Shown piece by piece: positions 1 to 9,641 of a stretch of DNA of 64,000 bases. The stretch is from an uncultured Deinococcaceae bacterium. GTDB taxonomy: Bacteria > Deinococcota > Deinococci > Deinococcales > Deinococcaceae. Both the position numbers and the translations under genes were made by a program. The notes beneath the pieces are model-generated. The model did no database searches. It was not told where the DNA came from and saw nothing but the letters and a program-made list of their open reading frames with translations. The stretch's first letter is position 1. Every line of letters begins with the position of its first letter. The DNA lies in contig CAXULY010000006.1 of NCBI GenBank assembly GCA_964252075.1, positions 64,001-128,000 of the forward strand, read 5' to 3'.

Positions 1-18
1 GGCCAGCGGCAGGCCGTC

Positions 19-321
19 ATGAACGACGACGCGACGCTCGCGCCCGCCACCGTCGCGCAGCGCGCCGACGCAATGTACGTTTCGGCCTTTTATCAGGTGC
101 TCGTCGCGAGCATGCTCAACCGGGCGCTGGAGGCGCAGCGCGCGCAGCAGGACCGCGCGGTGCTCGCGGACGCGCAGGCGGAACTGCAGGCGCACCTCGA
201 CGCCTGGATCGACGAGATCGAGACGCAGCTGCCGTACACGCCCGTCCCGATCCGCACGGCGGTGCAGACGCAGCTCGGGGCGATGCTGGCGCTGCTGCCG
301 CACCTGCGCGGGGAGCGCTGA
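19..321 (+). CDS. Hypothetical alpha-helical protein
   Basis: 100-aa ORF with host-like codon usage, ending 5 bp before the next gene; start uncertain at the window edge. Confidence 0.6.
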   Translation: MNDDATLAPATVAQRADAMYVSAFYQVLVASMLNRALEAQRAQQDRAVLADAQAELQAHLDAWIDEIETQLPYTPVPIRTAVQTQLGAMLALLPHLRGER

Positions 322-326
322 CGCCC

Positions 327-929
327 ATGCACCTCGACCCGGCCTTCCTCATCACCAGTGAGCGGGACCTGACGGAAGCGTACCGCGCGCCGAGCGCGCT
401 GGTGCGCGACAAGGTGATGGACCACATCGACGCGGACTTCGCGCGCATCATCACGCGCGCGCCGCTGGTGCTGCTCGCCACGGCGGGCGGGCAGGGCGTG
501 GACTGCTCCCCGCGCGGCGACCCCGGCCAGACGGTGTTCGTGGAGGACCCCCGGACCCTCGTGCTGCCGGACCGCCCCGGCAACAACCGCATTGACAGCC
601 TGCGCAACATCGTGCAGCGCCCGCAGGTGGGCCTGCTGTTCCTGGTGCCCGGGGTGAACGAGGCGTTTCGCGTGAACGGAACCGCGCAGATCACGCGCGA
701 CCCGGCGCTCCTGCCGCGCTTCGCGTACAAGGAGCAGCTCCCGCGCGCGCTGGTGGTCATCACGGTGCAGGAGGCGTACCTGCACTGCGCGCGCGCCTTG
801 CTGCGCGCCGACGTCTGGAACCCCGAGCGGCGGGTGCGCGGCGACGTCCTGCCGAACTTCGCGGCGATGCTCAGCCAGCAGACGCGCCGCCCGGTTCAGG
901 ACGCCGACCTGGAGATCGAGGACCGCTGA
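327..929 (+). CDS. Pyridoxamine 5'-phosphate oxidase family FMN-binding protein (MSMEG_1061-like)
   Basis: Motifs DCSPRGD, LPDRPGNNRIDSLRNI, VGLLFLVPG, EAYLHCARAL. Confidence 0.9.
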   Translation: MHLDPAFLITSERDLTEAYRAPSALVRDKVMDHIDADFARIITRAPLVLLATAGGQGVDCSPRGDPGQTVFVEDPRTLVLPDRPGNNRIDSLRNIVQRPQVGLLFLVPGVNEAFRVNGTAQITRDPALLPRFAYKEQLPRALVVITVQEAYLHCARALLRADVWNPERRVRGDVLPNFAAMLSQQTRRPVQDADLEIEDR

Positions 930-933
930 CGCA

Positions 934-967
934 GCGGCGGGCGGGGCAGCATCGCCCCGCCCGCCGC
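934..967. terminator. Hairpin between convergent genes (likely bidirectional terminator)
   Basis: GCGGCGGGCGGGGC-agcatc-GCCCCGCCCGCCGC, perfect 14-bp stem. Confidence 0.7.
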
Positions 968-979
968 GCGCCGGTCCCT

Positions 980-2116
980 TCAGGCGTCGCCGAGGTTCAC
1001 GAAGCGCAGGTCCATGTCGGGGAGGTCGGTGAGGAAGGCGTGCAGGAGGTCCACGCTGCCCTCCAGGTCCCGCTGGTCCAGCACCTCGATGGGGCTGTGC
1101 GTGTAGCGGTTCGTGACGGACACCGCGCCCGCCGGCACGCCGCGGCCCAGGTACTGCAGGGCGCCCGCGTCCGTGCCGATGCCCTTCAGGATCTCGCGCT
1201 GCACCGTCACGCCGTGCGCCTGCGCGGCGGCCAGCAGGCCGCGCCGCACCGCCGGGTGCGCGAGCGTCGAGAAGTCCATGACCTTCACGGTGGGGCCCGC
1301 CCCGAGGCGCAGGTTCCCGCCCTGGATCTCGGGGGTGTCGTCGGCGGCGGTCATGTCGAGCGCGAGCGCCACGTCGCCCTGCAGGTGCCGCGCGAGGGCC
1401 TCCACGCCGCGCAGGCCCACCTCCTCCTGCACGCTGAACACCGCGACCAGCGTGACGGGCGGCGGCGCGCCCTGCAGGCGCTCCAGCAGCGCGAGGAGCG
1501 CGGCGCACCCGGCGCGGTCGTCGAGGGCGTGCGCGGTGAAGCGCCCGCTGTCCCGCCCGAGTTCGTCGAGGCTGCCCACGAAGCCCACCGGGTCCCCGAC
1601 CTGCACGCCCATGCCCTGGGCCTCGTCGGCGCTGCGCGCGCCGACATCCACGTACAGGTGCGCGTACGGCACGATGCTCGCGCGGTCCGCGTCGGTGAGC
1701 AGGTGCGCGCTCTTCGTGCCGATCACGCCGAGCACCCGCCCGCCGTCCGTGCGGACCCACACGCGCTGCGCGGGTAGGATGCGGTCGTCGAGCCCGCCGA
1801 CCTTCTCTAGGCGCAGGAAGCCGCTCGGCTCGATGTGCCGCACGCGGAAGCCGATCTCGTCCATGTGCGCGGAGATGATGCAGCGCCGCGCGTCCGGCGT
1901 GGCCGCCTCGCGCACCACGATGACGTTCCCGAAGGCGTCCACCTGCACGTCGTCCGCGAGGGCGCGGGCGGCCTGCACGACGAGGCGCACCACGTCCTCC
2001 TCGGAGCCGCTGGGGCCGGTCGCCTCGACGAGGCGGCGCAGGTGCGTCATGACGGCGGGTTCCTGGTTGGAGGGGCGGCTCGCGCGGTCCTCCTGGTTGG
2101 GGGTGTTGGTGGTCAT
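980..2116 (-). CDS. M42 family aminopeptidase (TET/FrvX-like)
   Basis: GPSGSE, AHMDEIG, ALDDRAG, QEEVGLRG, GTDAG, RYTHSPIE motifs. Confidence 0.92.
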   Translation of the reverse strand: MTTNTPNQEDRASRPSNQEPAVMTHLRRLVEATGPSGSEEDVVRLVVQAARALADDVQVDAFGNVIVVREAATPDARRCIISAHMDEIGFRVRHIEPSGFLRLEKVGGLDDRILPAQRVWVRTDGGRVLGVIGTKSAHLLTDADRASIVPYAHLYVDVGARSADEAQGMGVQVGDPVGFVGSLDELGRDSGRFTAHALDDRAGCAALLALLERLQGAPPPVTLVAVFSVQEEVGLRGVEALARHLQGDVALALDMTAADDTPEIQGGNLRLGAGPTVKVMDFSTLAHPAVRRGLLAAAQAHGVTVQREILKGIGTDAGALQYLGRGVPAGAVSVTNRYTHSPIEVLDQRDLEGSVDLLHAFLTDLPDMDLRFVNLGDA

Positions 2117-2150
2117 GGTTCCTCGGTGGGTGTGGGGGGGTGGGGGCGCG

Positions 2151-3731
2151 TCACTGGTCCTTGACGGACCAGTTCTGGTACACGAAGCCCCACACGGGGT
2201 GGTGACTGAAGTTCTGGATGCGGGGGTTCACGAAGTCGTACACCACCGGGTAGAACAGCGGCACCCAGGGGTGGTCCGCGAGGATGGTCTTCTGCGCCTG
2301 CTGGTACATGGGGACGCTCGCCTTGAGGTTCACGCCCTGCGCCTTGTCGAGCGTGGCGTCCACGGCCTTGTTGCTGTACCCGGAGAGGTTCCAGCCGCCC
2401 GCGGTGTACGACGTGCTCTTGAATAAGATGGGCAGGAAGTCCGAGGCGTCCGGGTACGCCTGGTACCAGCCGGACAGGCCGATGGCGGTCGTGCCGGGCG
2501 TCGTCATGGTGTTGATCCACTCCGCCTGCGGGAGCGCCTTGATGTTCGCCTTGATGCCGATCACCGCGAGCTGCTGCTGGACGGCCTGCGCGATCTTGTT
2601 GAAGGTCTCGTCGTTCGAGGTGAGGAGGGTGGTGCTCACGCCGCCCTTCAGGCCCGCCTGCGCCATCAGGGCCTTGCCTTTCGCGGGGTCGTAACTGACG
2701 TCCTGCACGCTCGCGTCGTTCCCCGCGAGGCCCGGCGGGAGGATCTGGTTGGCGACCTTGCCGCGCCCGTTCACGAGCTGCAGGATGCGTTTCTTGTCGA
2801 TGGCGTGCGCGACCGCCTCGCGCACCAGTTTGTTGTCGAACGGCGCCTTCTGGGTGTTCATGTACAGGTAGTCCACGCCGATCTGCACGGCGTCGTGCAC
2901 GTAGGTCTTGTAGCGGGGGTTGCGCTGGATGGCGGCGAACTGCGCGCTGGGAATGCCGTTGCCGAGCACGTCCACGTCGCCGCGCTGCGCGCGCAGCAGG
3001 GAGACCTGTTCGTTCAGGCCGAGCAGGATGTGCACCTCGTCGAGCTTCGCGGCGTTCGCCTGGTCGAAGTACTTGGGGTTCTTCGCGAGCACCATCTCCT
3101 GCCCGGGCACCCAGGACTTCAGGGTGAAGGGGCCGTTTCCGACGACGTGGTGGGAGTAGTCGCTGCCCCACTGCTCGGCGGCCTTGCGCGCCACGGGGGA
3201 CGCGAAGGGCGTCGCGAGGTAATTCAGGAAGGTGCGGTCCGGCTTCTTGAGCTGGAAGGTGATGGTGTACGGGTCCGGCACCTTGATGCCGCTCACGTCC
3301 TTGGCCTTGCCGTCCACGAAGGCGTCGGAGCCCACGAGGTTCCCGAACCAGCCGGCCTTGCCGCTCTGCGGGCTCTTGCTCTTGGGGTTCAGCACGCGCT
3401 CGATGGCGTACTTGTAGCTGGCGGCGTCGGTGGGTTCGCCGTCCGCGAAGGTGATGCCCTTCCTGATGTGGAAGGTGTAGGTCTTGCCGTCCGCGCTGGC
3501 CTTGCCGAGGTCCGTGGCGGCCCACGGCACCAGGGTGGTGCCCTCGCGGTACGTCAGGAGCGTGACGAACAGGGCGTGCTCGACGGGCCAGTTCTGCACG
3601 TCGTCCCCGATGGCCGGGTCGAGGGTGTGAAAGTCCGAGGGGTACGCGATGGTGACGCTGTTCGCGGCGAGGGCGGGCGCGACCGAGAGGGCGGCGGTGA
3701 CGGTGAGGGTGGTGCAGAGGCGACGAAGCAT
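2151..3731 (-). CDS. Peptide ABC transporter substrate-binding protein (family 5), copy 2
   Basis: Signal peptide; LDPA, DGKTYTFHIRKGITFADG, GNGPF motifs. Confidence 0.92.
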   Translation of the reverse strand: MLRRLCTTLTVTAALSVAPALAANSVTIAYPSDFHTLDPAIGDDVQNWPVEHALFVTLLTYREGTTLVPWAATDLGKASADGKTYTFHIRKGITFADGEPTDAASYKYAIERVLNPKSKSPQSGKAGWFGNLVGSDAFVDGKAKDVSGIKVPDPYTITFQLKKPDRTFLNYLATPFASPVARKAAEQWGSDYSHHVVGNGPFTLKSWVPGQEMVLAKNPKYFDQANAAKLDEVHILLGLNEQVSLLRAQRGDVDVLGNGIPSAQFAAIQRNPRYKTYVHDAVQIGVDYLYMNTQKAPFDNKLVREAVAHAIDKKRILQLVNGRGKVANQILPPGLAGNDASVQDVSYDPAKGKALMAQAGLKGGVSTTLLTSNDETFNKIAQAVQQQLAVIGIKANIKALPQAEWINTMTTPGTTAIGLSGWYQAYPDASDFLPILFKSTSYTAGGWNLSGYSNKAVDATLDKAQGVNLKASVPMYQQAQKTILADHPWVPLFYPVVYDFVNPRIQNFSHHPVWGFVYQNWSVKDQ

Positions 3732-3777
3732 GATGGGTCCTTCTCGGGGCGCGGGCCGCCCCGGGCGGGTCGCGGGT

Positions 3778-5358
3778 TTACTTGAGCTGCCAGTCCTGGT
3801 AGACGTAATTCCAGACGGGGTGCACGGCGACGTTCGTGACGCGCGGGTTCACGAAGTCGTACTGGATGGGGTTGTACAGCGGCACCCAGGGGGCGTCCGC
3901 GAGGATCTCCTTCTGCACCTTCTGGTAGCCGGGAATCGCCTGCTTGAGGGGTTGGCCGCGCAGCTTCACGAGTTGCGCGTCCACGGCGGGGTTCTTGTAG
4001 TTCGCGAGGTTGAAGCCGCCGGGCTGCACGTACGCCGCCTCGAACAGCACGTCCGTGAAGTCCGAGGGGTCCGGGTAGTCCTGGAACCACGCGGAGACGC
4101 CGATGGCGGTCGTGCCGGGCGTGGTGATGGTGTTGATGTACTCTGCGCCCGGGAGCGCCTTGATGTTCACCTTCAGGCCGATCGCGGCGAGCTGCTGCTG
4201 CGCCGCCTGCGCGAGCTTCGGGCCGGGCTCGTCGGACATCGTGACGAGCGTGATGGGCTCGCCCGCCTGGAAGCCCGCCTGCTTGAGGAGCGCGCTGCCC
4301 TTCGCGGGGTCCGCGGCGGGCACGGTGATGCTGGGGTCGTAGCCGGGCATGCCGGGCGGGAGGATCTGCGCGGTGGTCTTGCCACGCCCGTTCACGAGCT
4401 GCACCATGCGCGCCCGGTCAATCGCGGCGTTCACCGCCTGGCGCACCAGTTTGTTGTTGAAGGGCGCGACCTGCGTGTTCATGAACAGGTAGTACGTGCC
4501 GACCTGCACGAGGCTCTTCACGTAGGGCTTGAAGCGCTGGTTGGTGCTGATGCTGGCGAACTGCGCGCTGGGGATGCCGTTGCCGAGCACGTCCACCTGC
4601 CCGCTCTGCGCGCGCAGCAGCGACACCTGCTCGCTGAGGCCCAGCTGGAATTCGATGGTGGGGACCTTTGCGGCGTTGGCCTTGTCGAAGTAGTTGGGGT
4701 TCTTCACGAGCACGGCGCGCTGCCCCGGCACCCAGGACTGCAGGGTGTACGGCCCGTTCCCGACCACGTGGTGGGAGTAATCGCTGCCCCATTTCTCGGC
4801 GGCCTTGCGCGCGACCGCGGCGGAGAAGGGGGTGGCGAGGACGTTGAGGAAGGTGCGGTCGGGGGTCTTGAGCTGGAACTGAATGGTGTACGGGTCAATG
4901 ACCTTGATGCCGCTGACTGATTTGGCCTTCCCGTTCACGTACGCGTCCGCGCCCACCAGTCCGCCGTACCAGCCGCCCGTGCCGCCCTGGGGCGACTTGG
5001 TTTTGGGGTTCAGGATGCGTTCGATGGCGTACTTGTAGCTGGCGGCGTCGGTGGGCTCACCGTCCGCGAAGGTGATGCCCTTCCTGATGTGGAAGGTGTA
5101 GGTTTTGCCGTCCGCGCTGACCTGCCCGAGGTCCGTGGCGCCCCACGGCTTCAGGTCCGTGCCCTGTCCGTACGTCAGCAAGGTCACGAACAGCGCGTGC
5201 TCCACCGGCCAGTTCTGCACGTCGTACCCGATGGCCGGGTCGAGGCTCTGGAAGTCCGAGGGGTACGCGACCGTGACGGTGCTCCCGGCGGCGAGCGCGG
5301 GGCTGGCGGTCAGGGCGAGGGTCAGGCCGAGCAGGGACACGAGCGGGCGTTTCTTCAT
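3778..5358 (-). CDS. Peptide ABC transporter substrate-binding protein (family 5), copy 1
   Basis: Same motifs; colinear 526-aa paralog of 2151..3731. Confidence 0.92.
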   Translation of the reverse strand: MKKRPLVSLLGLTLALTASPALAAGSTVTVAYPSDFQSLDPAIGYDVQNWPVEHALFVTLLTYGQGTDLKPWGATDLGQVSADGKTYTFHIRKGITFADGEPTDAASYKYAIERILNPKTKSPQGGTGGWYGGLVGADAYVNGKAKSVSGIKVIDPYTIQFQLKTPDRTFLNVLATPFSAAVARKAAEKWGSDYSHHVVGNGPYTLQSWVPGQRAVLVKNPNYFDKANAAKVPTIEFQLGLSEQVSLLRAQSGQVDVLGNGIPSAQFASISTNQRFKPYVKSLVQVGTYYLFMNTQVAPFNNKLVRQAVNAAIDRARMVQLVNGRGKTTAQILPPGMPGYDPSITVPAADPAKGSALLKQAGFQAGEPITLVTMSDEPGPKLAQAAQQQLAAIGLKVNIKALPGAEYINTITTPGTTAIGVSAWFQDYPDPSDFTDVLFEAAYVQPGGFNLANYKNPAVDAQLVKLRGQPLKQAIPGYQKVQKEILADAPWVPLYNPIQYDFVNPRVTNVAVHPVWNYVYQDWQLK

Positions 5359-5383
5359 GCGGTTCCTTTCGGGCGCGGGCGGC

Positions 5384-6304
5384 TCACACCGTCACGCGCG
5401 GGTCGATCAGGGTGTACACCACGTCCACGATCACGTTCGCCAGCACGATGCACAGCGCCGAGAACAGCACGGTGCCCATGATCATGGGAAGGTCGATGTT
5501 CTGCACGGCCTGCCACGCGAGCGTCCCGATGCCCGGCCAACCGAACACTTGCTCGATGATGAGCGCGCCGCCCAGCAGCACGCCGAGGTCCAGCGCGGTC
5601 ATGGTGATGAGGGGCCGTAGGGCGTTCTTGAAGGCGTGCTTGAACATCACGCGCCGGGGGGTCACGCCCTTGGCGCGCGCGGTGCGGATGTAGTCCTCGC
5701 CGAGCACCTCCAGCAGGCTCGCGCGGCCCATGCGGGCGTAGTACCCCGCGCCGGACAGCCCGAGCGTGAGGGCGGGCAGCAGCAGGCTGATGGGTCCGGC
5801 GTCCGCGCCGCCCAGGGGCAGGATGGGGTACAGGTACCCGAAGACGTACAGCAAGATGATGCCCAGCCAGAAGGACGGGATGGCCAGCGTGAGCAGCACG
5901 AAGGTGCTGGCGAGGCCGTCCACCGCGCGGAGTTTGGTGCCCGCGGCGAGCAGGCCGATGGACGCGCCGATCAGCACCTCGAAGGCGAGGCCCGCCAGCG
6001 CCAGCGCCAGGGTGTACGGGAAGCGCTGCAGGATGGTGGGGAGCACCTGCTGCTCGGTCTTGTACGAGCGGCCCAGGTCGCCGCGCACGGCGTGCCCGAT
6101 GAAGCGCCCGTACTGCACGTAGAACGGCTGGTCGAGGCCCAGCTGGTGCGAGATGCTGCGCACGGTGGCGGGGCTGGCGTTCGGCCCGGCGATCATGCGG
6201 GCGGGGTCGGCGGGCACCTTGTAGCCCACGAAGAAGGTCAGCAGGGACGCGCACAGGAGCACCACGACGCTCCAGGCGATGCGGCGCGCGAGGAAGGACA
6301 GCAT
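5384..6304 (-). CDS. Peptide ABC permease (DppB/OppB-like)
   Basis: GDLGRSY, EDYIRTARAKG, IEQVFGWPGIG, DPRV. Confidence 0.93.
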   Translation of the reverse strand: MLSFLARRIAWSVVVLLCASLLTFFVGYKVPADPARMIAGPNASPATVRSISHQLGLDQPFYVQYGRFIGHAVRGDLGRSYKTEQQVLPTILQRFPYTLALALAGLAFEVLIGASIGLLAAGTKLRAVDGLASTFVLLTLAIPSFWLGIILLYVFGYLYPILPLGGADAGPISLLLPALTLGLSGAGYYARMGRASLLEVLGEDYIRTARAKGVTPRRVMFKHAFKNALRPLITMTALDLGVLLGGALIIEQVFGWPGIGTLAWQAVQNIDLPMIMGTVLFSALCIVLANVIVDVVYTLIDPRVTV

Positions 6305-6305
6305 G

Positions 6306-7217
6306 TCAGAGGGCCTTCTTTCCGCTTTTGGGGTCCAGCGCGTCGCGCAGGCCGTCGCCCAGCAGGTTGAAGCTCAGCACCGAGAGCCCCAGGAACACGC
6401 CGGGGAAGATGACCAGCCAGGGACTCACGGTGAGGTACTGCGAGCCGTCCGCGATCATGTTCCCCCAGTCCGGGGTGGGGGGCTGCACGCCGATGCCGAC
6501 GTAGGAGAGCGCCGCGACGAACAGCACGGTGGTGGAGAAGTTCAGGGTGGAGTACACCAGCACCTGACCCAGCACCTGCGGCACCGCGTGGCGGAACACG
6601 ATGCGTGCGTCGCTCGCGCCGAGCGCGAGGGCGGCGTCGATGTACTCGCGGTGCCGGATGGAGAGCAGTTCCGCGCGGATGACGCGCGCGAGGTAGAACC
6701 ACGACACGCCGCCGATCACCGCGATGATCACGCCGATGCCGGGGCGCAGCACCGCCGCCAGGAACGCCGCGAGGAGAAGCACCGGGAAGCTGATGAGCAC
6801 GTCCGTGAGGCGCATGATGAGGGTGTCCACGAGCCCGCCGAAGTACCCGGCGATGGTGCCGAGCACCAGCGCGACGCTGGTCGCGATGACGTTCGCGAGC
6901 ACCGCGATGAACAGCGAGGTGCGCGTCCCGAAGATCAGGCGGCTGTACACGTCGCGCCCGAGGGCGTCCGTGCCGAACCAGAAGTTGTGCGTGGGGGGCA
7001 GCGGCGCGCCGAGGTCGGAGAGGCCGTTCGGGTACTGCACGGCCGGGTCGTGCGGCGCGAGGAGCGGCGCGAACACGCAGATGACCAGCAGCAGCAGCGT
7101 GATGACGAGGCCCAGGATCGCGCCCGGCTGGCGTCGGAAGCGGCGCCAGAAGGCCTGCGAGGCGCGGTCCGGGGTGACGTTCGGGGGGATGGACGCGGTC
7201 GAAGCGACGGCTTTCAA
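6306..7217 (-). CDS. Peptide ABC permease (DppC/OppC-like)
   Basis: FGTDALGRD, EYIDAALALGAS, PDWGNMI, FNLLGDGLRDALDP. Confidence 0.93.
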   Translation of the reverse strand: MKAVASTASIPPNVTPDRASQAFWRRFRRQPGAILGLVITLLLLVICVFAPLLAPHDPAVQYPNGLSDLGAPLPPTHNFWFGTDALGRDVYSRLIFGTRTSLFIAVLANVIATSVALVLGTIAGYFGGLVDTLIMRLTDVLISFPVLLLAAFLAAVLRPGIGVIIAVIGGVSWFYLARVIRAELLSIRHREYIDAALALGASDARIVFRHAVPQVLGQVLVYSTLNFSTTVLFVAALSYVGIGVQPPTPDWGNMIADGSQYLTVSPWLVIFPGVFLGLSVLSFNLLGDGLRDALDPKSGKKAL

Positions 7218-7250
7218 TGGGTCCTCACGGTGCGGTTCATGGGGGCGGGG

Positions 7251-8165
7251 TCAGCGGGGCGGCGTGGCCTGGAAGGTGCCCTGCTCGACGTCGTGCAGGA
7301 ACGCCTGGAGGGCGGTGAAGTAGGTGTCGGCGTCGTCCCACATGCTGAGGTGACTGCCGTTCTCGCAGATGGACACGCGGCTGTTCGGGATGCGGCGGCC
7401 CATCTCCTCGATGTCCTCGGGGCGCATGGTGTCGTGGCGGCCCACCGAGAGCAGGGTGGGCACGGTGATGCGGTGCAGGTCCGCCCAGCGGTCCCAGTCT
7501 TTGAAGTTGCCGGTCACCATGAATTCGTTAGGGCCCTGCATGGTGTTGTACACGGGCGCGGCGAGGTGCCCGAACATGCGCTGCACGGGTTCCGGCCACG
7601 GCACGACGCGGCAGATGTGCTGGTTGTAGAGCTTCATCAGGGGGGCCTGGTACTCGGGCGCGTCGAGGTCGCCCGCCGCCTCGTGGCGGCGCATGACCTC
7701 CACCTCCTCGGGCGAGAGGCGCTCGCGCAGCGCGTTGATGTACGTCATGTACGACCCGATGCTGGCCGTCATGTTGCTGACGATGAGGCCCTTGAGGTGC
7801 TGCTGGTACTTCAGGGCGTACTCGATGCCAAGCATGCCGCCCCAGGAGTTCCCGAACAGGTAGAAGTCCTCCAGACCGAGCGCGGCGCGCACCTGCTCGA
7901 CCTCCTCGCGGAAGCGCTCGACGGTCCAGAGGCTGGGGTCGTCCGGCTGGTCGGAGTAGAACGAGCCGAGCTGGTCATAGTAGTAGAAGGTGTACGCGTC
8001 GGGTGACAGCCAGCGCTCGAAGCACTCGAAGTACTCGTGCGTGCAGCCGGGGCCGCCGTGCAGCAGCAGCAGCGTGATCGGGCCGTGCCCCACCCGCCGG
8101 GTCCAGACGTGGTACCGGCCATCCACCTGGATGCGTTGGACGTCAGCTTCTTCGGATACGGTCAT
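7251..8165 (-). CDS. Proline iminopeptidase family alpha/beta hydrolase
   Basis: HGGPG, YDQLG, GNSWGG nucleophile motif, GSHL catalytic His. Confidence 0.9.
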   Translation of the reverse strand: MTVSEEADVQRIQVDGRYHVWTRRVGHGPITLLLLHGGPGCTHEYFECFERWLSPDAYTFYYYDQLGSFYSDQPDDPSLWTVERFREEVEQVRAALGLEDFYLFGNSWGGMLGIEYALKYQQHLKGLIVSNMTASIGSYMTYINALRERLSPEEVEVMRRHEAAGDLDAPEYQAPLMKLYNQHICRVVPWPEPVQRMFGHLAAPVYNTMQGPNEFMVTGNFKDWDRWADLHRITVPTLLSVGRHDTMRPEDIEEMGRRIPNSRVSICENGSHLSMWDDADTYFTALQAFLHDVEQGTFQATPPR

Positions 8166-8313
8166 GTGCGGCTCCCGGTCAGCAATGGAGAAGGGCGGGC
8201 GCGCGGCCCGGCACGGTGTTCAGCGACGATTTGTGATTTGCAGGGTAACCCGAATTTGCCGTATCGTCAACCAAAGCGAATTTTCTTCACGAAATTGCGG
8301 AATAGAGGAACGA

Positions 8314-8805
8314 ATGCTGCCCAGAGACGTGGCTCCCCAACTCGACGACATTGACCGGACCCTGCTGGAACTGCTGCAGGAAGACGCCGGACAGAACCAC
8401 TCCGACCTCGCGAGGCAGGTGGGCCTCTCCGCGGCGGGCGTGCACAAGCGCCTCAAGCGCCTGAGGCAGGAAGGCTACGTGCGCAAACTCACCGCAGTCC
8501 TCGACCGCAGCCGCCTCGGCCTGGACCTCCTGTGCTTCCTGAAGGTCACCTTCCGCAGCAACCTCCAGCCGAACAACCTCGCGGACCTGCAGCGCACCGT
8601 GCAGTCACTCCCGGAGGTGCTGGAGTGCTTCACCCTCACCGGCAGCCACGACGCCATCCTGAAGATCGCCGTGACGGACCACATCGCGCTGCGCGACTTC
8701 CTGCGGCGCCTGTCGGACGAACAGCAGGTGATCGAGCGCGCCGAGACTTGCATCGTGCTGGAGGAACTCAAGGAGGGCGCCACCGTGCCCCTGAGGCGCC
8801 CCTGA
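8314..8805 (+). CDS. Lrp/AsnC family transcriptional regulator
   Basis: LDDIDRTLLELLQEDA...LARQVGLS...RLKRL HTH and PEVLECFTLTG; start taken at ATG 8314 after GAGGA. Confidence 0.9.
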   Translation: MLPRDVAPQLDDIDRTLLELLQEDAGQNHSDLARQVGLSAAGVHKRLKRLRQEGYVRKLTAVLDRSRLGLDLLCFLKVTFRSNLQPNNLADLQRTVQSLPEVLECFTLTGSHDAILKIAVTDHIALRDFLRRLSDEQQVIERAETCIVLEELKEGATVPLRRP

Positions 8806-9641
8806 TGGGCGCGCTCATCGTCACGCCGCACAGCTCCGGGCACGTGCCCGCCGACGTGCTGCACGACATGCTGGGCGACGCCCTGTTCGACCCCGCCCGC
8901 CGCGCGGCGCACCTGCGCCACATCTTCGACGAGGGCGACCCGTACACCGACCTGATCTTCAGCGTGCCGGGCGCGCAGGCCCTGCATGCCGGCGTGAGCC
9001 GCTTCGTGGTGGACCTGAACCGCGACCGTGCGAGCGGCGGCGCGAACGGCGTCATCAAGCTCACGGACTTCGACGGGGTGCCGCTGTACCCGCGCGAGTT
9101 CCGCCTGTCCGGCGCGGCGCGCGAGGAGCGCCTGCGGCGCCACTGGGACCCCTTCCACGCGGAGATCGAGCGGGTGCTCGCGGGTGGCGGCGTGACGCTC
9201 GTCGTGAACGGGCACAGCATGCAGCCGCGCGGCCCCGCCATCGGGCCGGACGCGGGCCAGAGCCGCCCCGCGCTGACCCTCATGACCGCCGGGGACGCGC
9301 GCGGCGAACTCCTCCCCCACCGCGCGCACAGCAGCGTGCCCGCCGCGCAGGCGCGCGCGCTGCTCGACCTCGTCCAGCGGCACTTCGCGCCGCTCCTGAA
9401 CGGGTCCGGCCCCACCCGCATCGCGCTGAACGACCCCTGGCAGGTGGACGAACTCACGTACCGCTACAGCGCCCCGGCGCGCGCGCGGCCCGTGCCGGGC
9501 TTCGGGCTGGAAGTGAACCGCGCGCTGTACCTGCGCCAGGAGGGCGGCGCGGAGGTGCCGGACGGGGACGCCATCCGCGCGCTGAACCAGGCGTTTCGCG
9601 CGTTCCTCCCCGACGCGCTGAGTGTTGTGGGGGGCGCGTGA
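8805..9641 (+). CDS. N-formylglutamate amidohydrolase family protein
   Basis: TPHSSG, D..TD, SRFVVDLNR, PFH, HSM, LEVNRALY; TGATG coupling to Lrp stop. Confidence 0.85.
   Translation: MGALIVTPHSSGHVPADVLHDMLGDALFDPARRAAHLRHIFDEGDPYTDLIFSVPGAQALHAGVSRFVVDLNRDRASGGANGVIKLTDFDGVPLYPREFRLSGAAREERLRRHWDPFHAEIERVLAGGGVTLVVNGHSMQPRGPAIGPDAGQSRPALTLMTAGDARGELLPHRAHSSVPAAQARALLDLVQRHFAPLLNGSGPTRIALNDPWQVDELTYRYSAPARARPVPGFGLEVNRALYLRQEGGAEVPDGDAIRALNQAFRAFLPDALSVVGGA

Noticed and set aside
7990..8313. N-terminal extension of Lrp; likewise 38302..41124, 52813..54648, 18434..20839 and 56623..59727 as full-length ORFs
   Set aside because: Extensions overlap neighbouring genes or promoters; downstream coupled or RBS-supported starts were chosen
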